Assembly: GCA_937625935.1 (NCBI GenBank)
Contig: OW569371.1
Coordinates: 248,001-312,000 of the forward strand
Direction: 5' to 3'
Source of the DNA: Tetramitus jugosus
Taxonomy: Eukaryota > Protista > Heterolobosea
Length of the DNA stretch: 64,000 bases
This document shows positions 30,386 to 41,777 of this stretch, piece after piece. The position numbers and the translations under genes were made by a program. The notes under the pieces are model-generated. The model saw only the letters and a program-made list of their open reading frames with translations. It made no database searches and was not told the DNA's origin. Each line of letters begins with the position of its first letter. Positions within the stretch are counted from its first letter, which is position 1.

Positions 30386-31718
30386 TCAAACCATATGTAC
30401 ATCAAACACATACAATTGCTCATGGCTCTCTTTCTTATCAAATTCTGACAGCGTGTCCATACTTCGTCTTTCAATTGACATCTTCTCAAAGCTTTGTTGT
30501 TCTTCCAACAGTTGCACAACATCCAACAATGAATCTTCAGAAAAGATCGATTTGCCATCTGATGAATCGGTATCTGTGTCTGACTCTTCAGTTAAGTCCT
30601 CTCTTTCGATGGTCTTCTCCCGTCCATCATCGACAGATTCGGTCGTAGGTTTTGCCAGAAAATATTGTTCGAAGTACTCTACTCCTAAACTATCTTCGTC
30701 TGAATATGTCGAATCTTCTTCCTCATCCTCTTCGTTCTCTTCTTCATCTACCTTCTTCAATACATCATTTGCAAACGACCTACTTGAAACCGAATTGCAA
30801 CCAGATGAGAGTCGCGTCGGCGAGGAAGATTGCTGTGTCAAATAGGTTGTATACTCTCGTTTGAGTACTTCCTCCTTTCTCTGGGTCATCCTCATACTTT
30901 CCCCTAACGTTTTCTCCACGTCTAGTTCGATTGTTTGCATCGCTTTTTCCACTAGCTCAGGTTTGTTAGCTGATGCTTCGTTCATCCGCTCTATGCTCAT
31001 CTGTAGGTTCGCGTTTCCCTCCTTTAGAGCATTTATGGTCTGTTGAAAATCGTCTACTTTGGTCTGAGTTCATTCCTTTAGTTAGCATTGTTCTTCTACA
31101 CACGTGAATGACATACAAATGTTCTCTCACCTTAAATGACAACCTTTCCTCCTCACTCTTCCTTTTGAGTTCAACATTATCGGATATCATTTCTTCGATC
31201 TTTGTTTGGTAGGTTCTAATCATCATGCTATTCTGATGTAATTTACCCTTCAAACTAGAAGCTTCCTTCTGCAAATTCTCGTTTTGCTTCTTAAGTTTCT
31301 CGATCACTTCATTCTGTTCTCGATTCTCTTTTCTCTTTGCTTCTGCTATTTCATTCTTCTCCTGCTCTAGTTTTCCTAATGTCAGACATATTTCTCTGAG
31401 TCTGAGTTTATCTTTGATGCACAAGTCCCGGAATGTGATCTCCTTGCCTGGAAACAGCTTCAATTTTTCAGCGTGATTATTGACTTTCCGTGAAAGAGCA
31501 CCTCCTGAAGTGGAAGAACCTTTGATAGAAGGTGGTGAACGTTTATTACTAGCAATAGTTGTTTCACTGATTTTTCTACTAGGGACTACCTGTGGTCTGC
31601 TACCAATGGACGAAGTACTGGAAGGTCTCTTGGGAGATTTAGAGGAAGTAGAGCTAGGAGAAGTTATGTTCTTCAATTGACTCACATCAGAATCTTCACT
31701 TGAATTCTTTAAGCTCAT
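30386..31718 (-). CDS. KIAA1328/hinderin-like coiled-coil protein; exons 31718-31131 and 31063-30386
   Basis: 'FRDLCIKDKLRLREICLTLGKLEQEK...LKKQNE...YQTKI' resembles the KIAA1328 domain. Intron 31130-31064 (GTGAGA...GCTAAC...CTCAG) joins in frame. Confidence 0.6.
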
Positions 31719-31788
31719 TTTGAAGCGCGATCGTAGATTGCTTTGTGTTGCTCCCAAATATTTTGGAGGGAGCAATTTAGCGCCTCGA

Positions 31789-33969
31789 TCAATCCGAGTC
31801 AACTGTGTCATCTGTTCTGAATACAAGCTTCATGTTCTTCCGTTTGGTGGTGGGAACAGGCTCATCATCATCATCAAATAGAGTTCTGTTACCCATCTCG
31901 TGTAGTTCATCCTCTGTGAGTAGAATATGCCCTTCACCTTGAGCACGAGAAGAAAATCTCGCATCGATATCATAAACCACACTATAAATGATGGACGCTA
32001 GTGCAACAGTAATAATGACCATATTGGGTATGATAATACCGACAACGCAAAGAAAATTCTTGGCTCTTCGGCTGTGGAACAAACCGGTGGAGTAGAGAAG
32101 TATAATTGAGGAGGTAAGCATCTGTACTATCGTTGCAGCTATTTCCAACATTGTTCTAACATATGATGCAAATGGTTTTGTTACCAAAAGAATCAGTAGA
32201 TACCCAGAGAGCACGACCAATAGACCAACACATTGATCTTTGGGAGAATTCGTAAATAATCCAAATAAACATCCCAACAGGAAATGTTTAGCAAAGATTA
32301 CCGTTGTAAACATGTCAAACTCCTCCTTGAATTGTTTCTGAAAAGGTTGAATAATATCTTCCGTCATGGCTCGAATATTGGCGTCTGTCTTTCGTTTGAA
32401 CACAACAAACACAGAAAGAAGAGGCAATCCCAACAAATATCCAACCAGCAAGGCGAAAGACACCAGTAAGGTGATGGCAATGATTCGACCTCTGAATGCC
32501 AACTGAATTTCATACATTACACTCGATGCCACACCAAGATACGCCATGATAGCTAATTGAATGAAAGAGATAAAGAGGTTGTGTTCCAAATTCTTCTGTC
32601 TCTGCTGACTCTTGGACATTCGATACACAATGATCACACCATTAAATATGACTGTAAGGATGACCACTACACAGACCAAAATGAAATTATCCAAGAACAC
32701 CAATAATCCATTCTCGTTCATTTCTTGTCGTAGATCGAAATAGTTACTTGTCGAGCTGAGGACACTAGTTACCTTTCTCATCGAATTGAGGGAACCTTCT
32801 TGTTTCAACTGATGACTCCTCACGTTCAGATCGAAAATAAAATTCGACCACTCGAAGAAAGCACAGAACTTTAGCAGCAATGGAGGAACATAGGCTCCAA
32901 TTAAACCACTCAGACCAATGAATTGCATCATGTGCACCAAACCAATGGTCAGTTGGACCCACAAAACATTGGGTGAAAGGAATGGTAAACCAACCGATAC
33001 CAATAGCACCCATATTGTCCCTAATGCTGTATTCCAATTCTTAATCTTTGCTATTTGTCGAATATTAATATTTACACTGCACGTTGCATCTCCGGACCAA
33101 TCTCTTGTGCAATGACAAGTACCAGTATGTAGATTACAAACACCATGAGGGTAAGAACAATTGTTTGGACATAACCGAAGCTCGCATCGTTCTCCACTAT
33201 GCATACTGTCACATTCACACACTCCACTCGTGGTATTACATGTACCAACTCCATTACACGCTGGATCTAAACAAGCTTTCAGCGAGCAATCATCATGAAA
33301 ATATCGATCTTCACAAACGCAGTGACCACTTGTCCGATTACAAGTTCCATGACCAGAACAATTATTAGGACAAAGAGTCCATTCACAACTATCACCTGTG
33401 AAATTGTTCAAGCACTGACAAACACCAGTCTCATGATTGCAAACACCATGATCACTATTACAATCACCAGGACAATTCATCAACCCACAATCCAAATTAA
33501 AGTATGGCTCAGGACAAAGGCACTTACCATTTGATGTATTGCACTCTCCGTGACCAGAACAATTGTTTGGACATGCAAGCTGACTGCAATCCAATGAAAA
33601 ATAATCACCATAACATTCGCACACACCTGTCGTCACATTGCACGCACCATGGTCACTACAACCATTGGGACAAGGCGTCGCAGCAACATCACCACTCGCT
33701 CCACCATCTATTGGGGATACTCTATCGTCAGATTTTTCAACCTTGTTCATCATCTTCTTGCCAGCATCCTGTGGCACATCAAAAGGTATAAAACGATCAT
33801 CGATATGACCATTCGCAGGAACAACAATCACACCTCTCTTGGGGGAGTTTGACAGGGGAGAATTGTCACGATTATTACTATTGGGAGGAATTGTTGCCAA
33901 TATATGGGTAAATACGAGAGTCAAAAACACGTGTAGCAGCAACACGACAAGTAGGAGTTTGGTTGACAT
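31789..33969 (-). CDS. Membrane protein: signal peptide, about 6 tenascin-type EGF repeats, multi-pass TRP/FLC-like TM domain
   Basis: Repeats 'CPNNCSGHG.CN...G.C.C...YF..DCS'; then 'QFIGLSGLIGAYVP...F...FEWSN' and about 8 hydrophobic segments, including 'LLVTKPF'. Confidence 0.8.
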   Translation of the reverse strand: MSTKLLLVVLLLHVFLTLVFTHILATIPPNSNNRDNSPLSNSPKRGVIVVPANGHIDDRFIPFDVPQDAGKKMMNKVEKSDDRVSPIDGGASGDVAATPCPNGCSDHGACNVTTGVCECYGDYFSLDCSQLACPNNCSGHGECNTSNGKCLCPEPYFNLDCGLMNCPGDCNSDHGVCNHETGVCQCLNNFTGDSCEWTLCPNNCSGHGTCNRTSGHCVCEDRYFHDDCSLKACLDPACNGVGTCNTTSGVCECDSMHSGERCELRLCPNNCSYPHGVCNLHTGTCHCTRDWSGDATCSVNINIRQIAKIKNWNTALGTIWVLLVSVGLPFLSPNVLWVQLTIGLVHMMQFIGLSGLIGAYVPPLLLKFCAFFEWSNFIFDLNVRSHQLKQEGSLNSMRKVTSVLSSTSNYFDLRQEMNENGLLVFLDNFILVCVVVILTVIFNGVIIVYRMSKSQQRQKNLEHNLFISFIQLAIMAYLGVASSVMYEIQLAFRGRIIAITLLVSFALLVGYLLGLPLLSVFVVFKRKTDANIRAMTEDIIQPFQKQFKEEFDMFTTVIFAKHFLLGCLFGLFTNSPKDQCVGLLVVLSGYLLILLVTKPFASYVRTMLEIAATIVQMLTSSIILLYSTGLFHSRRAKNFLCVVGIIIPNMVIITVALASIIYSVVYDIDARFSSRAQGEGHILLTEDELHEMGNRTLFDDDDEPVPTTKRKNMKLVFRTDDTVDSD

Positions 33970-34176
33970 TTTTTCAATTATTCCTCCTAGCTATCGGAGA
34001 AGTCTCGGAGAAACTCTCATAAAGTTCGGCCAGTTGCCCAACTACAGCATGCGGAGTGGAGAGAATTGAACCCATCCGCAGTTGGCTAACGAATCAATCG
34101 ATATCAACGAACAATGAACTCTCCATGATCACTTTTGTGAACAAAACAGTGAGCGTCTAGAATTCTGTCCTACATC

Positions 34177-35130
34177 ATGGGTTGTGTGAATTCGATTCAT
34201 ACGTCTGAAGACGTGTTGTTCGTGTGGCAGGATCGTGAAATACGGTTTGATTGTACACCAGAAGAGCTAGAGCTCAGGAGTGGAGAGTTTGAGATTGACA
34301 GAGCTGACGATATTGAGGATTCGAGAGCGAATCAGGGAGTATCAGGCACCTTGATCGTAACCAACTTGAGAGTCATCTGGACGGCAACTAGGAAAAACTC
34401 TCTCAATGTGAGTATAGGAATGAACTCAATCGCTAACCTGAATATTCACACCACAGGAGGAACATCCAATGGCTTAACTCAATCTCTGATCCTCCTTACA
34501 AGGTCTGAAGAGGATCAGTTAGAATTCGCATTTATGAATATGGAGAAGAACAATAGCCCTCGAATATTCATTAGTATTCAGGGTGTACTGAGTAGATACG
34601 ATACGAGTAGACTCTACAGGGATATATTTACCAATGGATCTGCAAGAGTGAAAGACGGTCACTTGCTTCCATTGGCCAGAGAGGAGGCAACTATACGAGA
34701 GACCAATGTTTGGTTAATCGAAGAAGATCAATCATCAGAATCGAAATCTCCTATACTAGGAACCATTATTCTCACCAATATTAGACTTGTTTGGTTCGAG
34801 AAGGACGCCTCTTCGAGCAACAACATCAGCATTCCTTGGATCCACATCAGAAATGTGAGGAGAGCAAAGGGATCTCAGTCTGTATTTCAACTCGATATCA
34901 CACCTCTCATTCTCCCAAACAAAACCTTTACTTTCCAGACAGAGGAATCCCTGGATAAACCCATAGGACTCGTGGAAGAGATTATGAACGCTTGTGTTAT
35001 CCATCTTCAAAATCCAATTTTTGGAGTCGAGTACAAAGTGGTGAACAGAGCTCCTAGCGTTGCTCAATTCAAGGTAATTCTCAAGAATCACTCTGTTGCT
35101 AATCTCATGGTCAAGAAACATATGGTCTAA
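34177..35130 (+). CDS. BBS5: BBS5-like protein (tandem PH-like/DM16 repeats); 3' end uncertain because of a possible intron at 35074
   Basis: 'WQDREIRFD', 'IEDS.AN.G..G.LIVTNLRVIW', 'YDTSRLYRDI', 'LGT..LTNIRLVW', 'NISIPW', 'NPIFGVEY'. Confidence 0.8.
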   Translation: MGCVNSIHTSEDVLFVWQDREIRFDCTPEELELRSGEFEIDRADDIEDSRANQGVSGTLIVTNLRVIWTATRKNSLNVSIGMNSIANLNIHTTGGTSNGLTQSLILLTRSEEDQLEFAFMNMEKNNSPRIFISIQGVLSRYDTSRLYRDIFTNGSARVKDGHLLPLAREEATIRETNVWLIEEDQSSESKSPILGTIILTNIRLVWFEKDASSSNNISIPWIHIRNVRRAKGSQSVFQLDITPLILPNKTFTFQTEESLDKPIGLVEEIMNACVIHLQNPIFGVEYKVVNRAPSVAQFKVILKNHSVANLMVKKHMV

Positions 35131-35270
35131 ACGCTGTCAGAGAAAGAAACCTGGTTTCAACACAAAACAACAATTAGGCAAGAGGAGGAATATCGCAATT
35201 TCAGGACTTTATCGGACTATAACTCCGCTTTTCGCGCGACTTTCTGATAACGCCCCACACCACAACAAAA

Positions 35271-35718
35271 ATGAACAGAATCAAGGATACACTCTTACGT
35301 CTATGGAATTCGCCTGTTGGCTTGAAGACGACTCATTTTTGGGGACCTGGTATGTTTGATCACACACAATATCCGGGCATTACAATCATCATAAAATTTT
35401 TTGTCATATGACTGACACTTTGCTGTTTGTTGTGTGGTTTCGAAAAAAAAAGCTGCAAACTGGGGAATCGTTTTGGCTGGTTTAGCTGATGTGAACAGAG
35501 ATGCTGACAAGATTTCTGGTACCATGACGACTGTCATGTGCGTGTACAGTGCTCTATTTATGAGATTTGCTCTCAAGGTCCAACCAAAAAACGTCCTCTT
35601 GTTCTCTTGCCACGCATGTAATGAAGTGGTCCAATTGTACACTCTGAGCAGACTAATCAATTATGAGATGAATAAGGATAAGGAATTGGTTCAAGGTGAG
35701 GGCGCTCAAAAAGCTTAA
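35271..35718 (+). CDS. Mitochondrial pyruvate carrier; exons 35271-35349 and 35453-35718
   Basis: Spliced product 'TTHFWGPAANWGIVLAGLAD...ISGTMT....YSALFMRFA..VQPKN.LLF.CH..NE..Q'; intron 35350-35452 (GTATGT...AAG). Confidence 0.9.
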
Positions 35719-35870
35719 AGAAATCTGATTGACATTTTCTGGAGATTTTGACCTGAGCTCACTTGTGGATTTGCTTGTCTGTGTGTTGAGTTGTTTTATT
35801 GTAAAATTGCCTCATAAAGAATCTAATGTAATGCATTAAGTTTAATTTCGGTTGTATTGCGTGAAGGAAC

Positions 35871-37781
35871 TTATTCATCGTCTGCGTCATCAACATCTTC
35901 ATCGTCTCCATCCTCCTCTTCTCCATCGTTCTCCTCATCGTCCTGTCCTTCTTCCTCCTTTGGTTTCTCCTTCTTTTCGATCAATTTAGACACTGTCCAC
36001 TGAATGAGCAATTCGAACTCTGGCTCAGGTTCCTTCGGTTTCTTCTCCGTATCTTCGTCTTCTTCGTCTTCTTCCTCGGCTTCTTCGTCTTCTGGCTCAG
36101 GTATCTTGTGTCGAGCACATAACTCTAGAATGTACTCCTTTGGTAAAGGTTCAGGTATTCTGGCTCTGAGCTTGTATTTGTGCTTCTTCTCATTGAAAAG
36201 TTCTGTTTCTCCCAAGCCTGCTTCCTCTCCAGTCTCATGGTCTCTCAAGATAACCTTATACTCTACATCATCTCCAATAAATTGAATTCGAATCGTATTT
36301 GCATTCTTCAGCTCAATTCGACCTTTAGATGTGGAGAAACTGGACATGGTTAATCCAAATTCTGATCCCTTGTACAACAGTATATTTCTGTCAGCATAGA
36401 CCTCAGGCGTCACAACAGTTGTTAAGTATTGCTTGGATGGATCATTTGGGTAATGGTTGTCGATGAAACTCTCCGGAGGTACTAGGAAGTAATAGTTGCG
36501 CAGCTGCTTGGTGTGCTTCTCTCCATCAAACAGCCCGCTTCCTAGTGTACAATCGACAAAGTAGGTGTGTTTATCTAAGGCAACACTATTCCAGAAGTGA
36601 TCTCCTTCTAATTTCAGTGCTTTGTCGTTGGTAACTCCACTGATAACTTCTGATCGTAAAGATTTACTCTCGCAGAGAGTGGCGAAGAGATTCGCAAATC
36701 CCTCACTATTTCCCCTTCGAGAATTAAATACTGTAGCCGAGTCTGATGATGCACAAGATGGATCAAATTCAATGTTATGGGTGACCCATAAAAAGAAAAC
36801 ACGGAATCTCTCCTCATCGTTCCGCGCAAGGCTACATAATCTATTGGAGAGTGTTTGAGTATCCACTTCATCTTCTTGAATTGTGTTCATCGCATAGATA
36901 TCTAACTTTGCATATCGTCTCTGTCTCTTTCTATGTTTGCCGGATAGTGGAGTTATAACATAGCCATCAAGCTTATATTTTGGGGGAGGCCTAGTTCTTG
37001 GTTCATAGTTGTACTTGAGCTTACTCGGTATTTCGTCATTCGAGAACTGTATAGCATCGAAAATCAGAGATACTTCCTTAGGTTTCTGAGTTTCAAGAAA
37101 ACGAGACTTATAGTTATTGGGAATATATACAGTACTCAGTAGTATCTGTTTCAATATCGCCCTCTTCTCCAAATCGATGTGTTCAAATGTATCCCACAGC
37201 TTCTTCACTCGCTTTTTATCCTTTTCGCGCTTCTCTTGCTGCTCAAATCTCTGCACATTCGCCAAGTACGTCTCTTCCAATGTAAGAACTAAACCTCGTG
37301 CCTTGGCGTGTGATTGCATGGTTGTCATCTCGGTTGAATAGTACAGCAGGTGAAATAAAACCTTCTCCAACTGGAAATAAGATCCTTGTTCGATGTCACC
37401 AATTAACCCGTAGAACATTTGCTCTCTATTCTGATTCGGCTCTGGAGTAGTCATGAGCAAGAAGAGCACAACAAATAGTTGAACATCAACCAATTCATGG
37501 TGTTCAGTCGTCTCTGAAGCTTCCTTTGAAGCACTCAACAAGAATAGATCAATCAAAGCAGAGAACATTTGCTCAGCAAATACCTCCATGGATGGACCCA
37601 AAATATCAAGAACCATCGAAACAAAGTCATCCCTGCAGACGAAAGCATGTTTCGAGTCCATATCTCTTACCCTTTCTTGGAACAAGGCAACAAACTTTCC
37701 AAGTAGTTGATACAGAGGAAGAGAAGCATTCACATAGTGTTCTGCCAGTACATTGGAAACGTGGGATAATTCAGCTCTCAT
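35871..37781 (-). CDS. Transglutaminase-like (KY peptidase/Cyk3-type) domain protein with the catalytic Cys position occupied by Ser
   Basis: 'FLWVTHNIEFD', 'RRGNSEGFANLF', 'DHFWNSV', 'FVDCTLGSG', 'YYFLVPPESFIDNHYP'; acidic tail; first in-frame ATG at 37781. Confidence 0.75.
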   Translation of the reverse strand: MRAELSHVSNVLAEHYVNASLPLYQLLGKFVALFQERVRDMDSKHAFVCRDDFVSMVLDILGPSMEVFAEQMFSALIDLFLLSASKEASETTEHHELVDVQLFVVLFLLMTTPEPNQNREQMFYGLIGDIEQGSYFQLEKVLFHLLYYSTEMTTMQSHAKARGLVLTLEETYLANVQRFEQQEKREKDKKRVKKLWDTFEHIDLEKRAILKQILLSTVYIPNNYKSRFLETQKPKEVSLIFDAIQFSNDEIPSKLKYNYEPRTRPPPKYKLDGYVITPLSGKHRKRQRRYAKLDIYAMNTIQEDEVDTQTLSNRLCSLARNDEERFRVFFLWVTHNIEFDPSCASSDSATVFNSRRGNSEGFANLFATLCESKSLRSEVISGVTNDKALKLEGDHFWNSVALDKHTYFVDCTLGSGLFDGEKHTKQLRNYYFLVPPESFIDNHYPNDPSKQYLTTVVTPEVYADRNILLYKGSEFGLTMSSFSTSKGRIELKNANTIRIQFIGDDVEYKVILRDHETGEEAGLGETELFNEKKHKYKLRARIPEPLPKEYILELCARHKIPEPEDEEAEEEDEEDEDTEKKPKEPEPEFELLIQWTVSKLIEKKEKPKEEEGQDDEENDGEEEDGDDEDVDDADDE

Positions 37782-37885
37782 TCCTTCGGATCGTTTTTCT
37801 TTGGAAGTCTGAACCGTAAATAACTGACAATTAGCTTTTGGCGCGAAAATTGCAAAACTTTTATCCACGCAGCATCATATTGCTG

Positions 37886-40405
37886 TTAGAAGTCGATGAG
37901 ATCTTCTGTTTTTTGTGACTTGGGCAATTTGAATCTCTTGTCCGATCGATCAGCTTGATATTTCGCCAATATGTCTTCCAATTCCTTCCGTACTGAGCTG
38001 AACGACGGCCGTTTTTCAGGTTCCTTTTTCCAACACTGTTGCATTAACGAGACAATACTCTTTGGCACCTTATCTGGAAGCTCGCTCAAGTCTGGACGGA
38101 GATCCTCCTCCACAACCTTTTGTGACAGTTCGAAAAAGTTAAGGTCTGGGTACAGTGGTTGTCTGGAAAACATTTCCCATAGCACAATCCCGAAAGAGTA
38201 AACATCAGCCTTCTCTGAGTATGTATGGTTCTTACTGAGAACTTCAGGTGCACAAGTCTCGGCCGTACCGCATAGTGTCATCCGCCTCGATTTATCAGCA
38301 ACTCGACTCAATCCAAAATCAGCCACCTTTATCGTCCAATTCTTGTCACACAATAAGTTTCCAGTTTTCAAGTCTCGATGAATAATAGGAGGCTCGGATC
38401 CGTGAAGATAGGTCATTCCTCGTGCAATATCGATAGCCATTCCTAAGAGCTTACGATTCGATAGAGGTACACTTGTGTCTCGTATGATTGAATACAGAGA
38501 TCCTCTCTCGCAGTATTCACTAATAATGTACAAATGAGGATGCTTCTTCGCTGCGCCATAAAACTTGACGATATTAGGATGATGCAAAGTGCTCATCAGT
38601 GCTGTTTCCTTTAAGAAATCATCCAAAATTTCCTTTTGTGCATCAACATCAACATATGAAAATCGTTTGATCGCAACAGGTGCACCATTCCATCTACCCT
38701 TGTACACCTCTGAAAAACTACCAGAGCCAATCTGCTTATCCAAAGTAAACTCGCTTGGATCAATGTTTGTTCGCTGATCAACATTCAATTCCTCGAGTAT
38801 ATCTCGGTCAATAAGTGACTCCATCAGTTCGTTCTTTTCCCTTCGCTTCTTCGATGGAGTATCTCCCTTCTTTTTCACAAAAAATAGTCGAATAATAATG
38901 AAGTATGCGCTTCCAGCCACGAGCAAACAAAGTGCAAGAGCAGCTACACAACCGAGTGTGACGAGCAATGGAAGCAAGATTTTGTTTCCCAGTTCACTTC
39001 GTACTCGTTTGCAGCTACCTAATGAGCTACCACACACCATCTTCTTATCAATCTCCTTTCTGACTGCGATCAATAATAAGTTCGGTATGAATGCCAGAGT
39101 TGCACGATACGTACTGCTAAACTTGACCTGATCAGCCATCAAAGCCAAAGAATCCCTCAAGAACAAATATAGAGCAACACCTCGTTCAACAACAAGCTGA
39201 TGCTTTTGCATGCACCAATAAGTGTAGGTCACAATCGGATACGCCTGAGGAGCATCCACATTAAATAAATTGAAATGATCCTGTGAAGGTAGGAATGTTG
39301 TTCCACTCACTGGATACAACGAAGCATCCTTTGCCAGTTTCGAATTGGTAACAGCAGCAACAATTGATTTTCTCTCTGGTTTTATGAATTGGCCCCTGTG
39401 ATCCAAGACATGGATGAGAACGACTGGATCGGATGCAGGAACATAGGTCGTTTCAAAAAGACTGAGCGACGTGTAGCCAATACTGAATCCAGCATACGAT
39501 ACCTAATCAACATTTAAAAAAAAGTGGTAGAAACACGCATTGTCAGTTAAACATAAACATCAAAATGCACACAACGAAAGCCAACACAACAACTGAGAAA
39601 AACAAACAACTCAACAACAAACAAGCACACATACATAATTAATCATTGCAGAATTGCTTTCGAGTGCAATATCCAATGGATTTAAAATCGTCTCAAACGG
39701 AATACGAACCGAAGCTCCATACTTTTCTCTCCACTGTGAGCTAATACTACTGAAAAAGGAAGATAAAACATAAGTCGTTCCACTCTCCGATGTTCGATAC
39801 AGTGCATTAATCTCCTCATGAGGCAAATTGGCACTAGGATTCACTCGACGAATATCCACATGGTCCCAATACAGCACCGTTCCATTATAAATACCCAGAA
39901 TCAACTCTTGTGTCAGATTGAGATGCGTGAGAGAAGAACTCTCCAAATTGGCAATCAAAACAAGTGACTCCACATAGGACGGCACACAAAACACATTGGC
40001 ATCTGTTTCCTCATATGATGATTCCAAGGGCAACAAATTCAATGGATAATAATCCATGGAGGATATGACAAAAGCATTGTCCACTCTTTCTTCGTCTTCT
40101 GAAAGGAGACTTGTGAGACCTGTGGGGCTATTACTCGCAAAGTATTCCATGTGATGCGAGTGTGAGGCATTAAAGGAATATTCTTGGGCTAACTTTGCTT
40201 CGAGTGTTTGAGTAAATGTGGAACCAGTGTTCTTGAGAAGCTTTAGGCATTGAACTTGTGAGTGATGATGTTGTTGTGTGATGACGAGTAGTAGAGTGGT
40301 GAGAATGATGACTATCCAATAGAAGGCAACTGAGGCAGCCATGTTCGGTGATGGTGATAATGATGATGTTGTTGTTGTTGTTCTTGTTCTTGTTTTACTT
40401 CTCAT
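37886..40405 (-). CDS. Single-pass receptor kinase: PstS-like phosphate-binding ectodomain + TM + TKL kinase; exons ~40405-39635 and 39502-37886
   Basis: PBP motifs 'TGSTF', 'LNLTQELILGIYNGTVLYWD', 'RTSESGTTY', 'SIGY', 'AYPIVTYTY'. Kinase motifs GSGSFSEV, VAIK, HRDLKTGN, DFG, APE. Intron 39634-39503 is in frame. Confidence 0.85.
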
Positions 40406-40701
40406 GTTGCGGTGGGTCATAACACAGTGTTTCACTTACGCACACTCACAAGATGATGATAAAATGGAAGATGTTCTTCTTTTTGTTGCGGATGGCGACT
40501 TCCTTTGGAAAAGCGAACGACAATGGGAGCCCGACGAATGGGTGGGCCAAGAATTCTTCGCAGCGCGGGAAAATATGGTGGACATCAATGTCAACAAGGC
40601 ATTGCCAAGAGACCACCATGTGAAAAATCAGATTGCTGGAAGGAGAAATGGGAGTTGTTGGTTTTTTACAAATAATAATAGAGCAAGTAGTCTGTTTTCT
40701 T

Positions 40702-41777
40702 TTAAAAAATTACAGTGTCAATCATACTGCCCATCACCTGGTCAATGTTGGAACTCATGAGAGCTTCCACGTCCTGGGCCAAATGACGCTTGGCATCAAG
40801 CTTTCCTACATTTTCAATTTCAAACTTTTCCTTGGAGACCTTTGCTTCTTCCTGCAGCATCTTGTTGTACGATTTTGCCAATTGAACCAAATTCTTTAGC
40901 GTGTTCGTATTGCTCTTCTCATGCTCATTGAAATCGGCAATCTTCAATCCTTCGGTCCATGCCTTCTTATGTACATTCAACAACATTTTCTGCTCCAATT
41001 CATTCTTTCTATAACTGATTGGCATTGAGTAATAATGTCTGTTCAATCCGTGAATCAGAGCTTGAATGGTCGCCTTATTCAAATGACCAACGTTCGATGT
41101 GGTCTGGCGAGGTTCCTGGCCCATCATGAGCGTCTGAGGATTAATCGTTCTGAATGCATCAATCACGACCTTACCCTTGACGGATTGAATTGGATCAACA
41201 ACAACAGCAACTGCTCTCTCATTCAATTGTTCAAACGATTGTTGCGTGTTCACATCGACGCCTGACAACCAACACCCGAAACCAGGATGAGAGTGATACC
41301 ATCCAACAACCATCTCTGGTCTACCTGTTTGTTTCAACATGTCCAACATTTTTGTTTGAAAAACTGGATCGACAGCCTCGACTGAGACACCAGTACCAGA
41401 CTGTGGCATAGCAAACACATCAATCACACGCACAGTGTATTCATCGACAAACTCACCGAGCATGAGACCCATGACTTCCATAGGAACACCGGCTCTACCT
41501 ATAGTTAATCACATAACACGGCAAAACAAAAGCAAGAATCATTTCGTGTTAATTTCAATGAACGCGTTGAAATCATGGAGATTGTTTTTGAAGATCGACG
41601 ACAGTAGAGGTCAATCACACATAGACATCGTGATTCCATACCATGCTTCAACATTTTCAATAGAGCCAACGAGGAAATGTACACTTGTTCTGCAGTATCG
41701 ACTTGTGGTTGATCACCGCCACCGGCAGCACCACCGAATCCACCTCCCATCAACAATCGTTGCAATCTTTGATCCAT
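40702..41777 (-). CDS. RPN11: 26S proteasome deubiquitinase Rpn11; exons 41777-41642 and 41498-40702
   Basis: '[21 protein letters not shown]|[18 protein letters not shown]' and JAMM '[17 protein letters not shown]'; intron 41641-41499. Confidence 0.97.
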
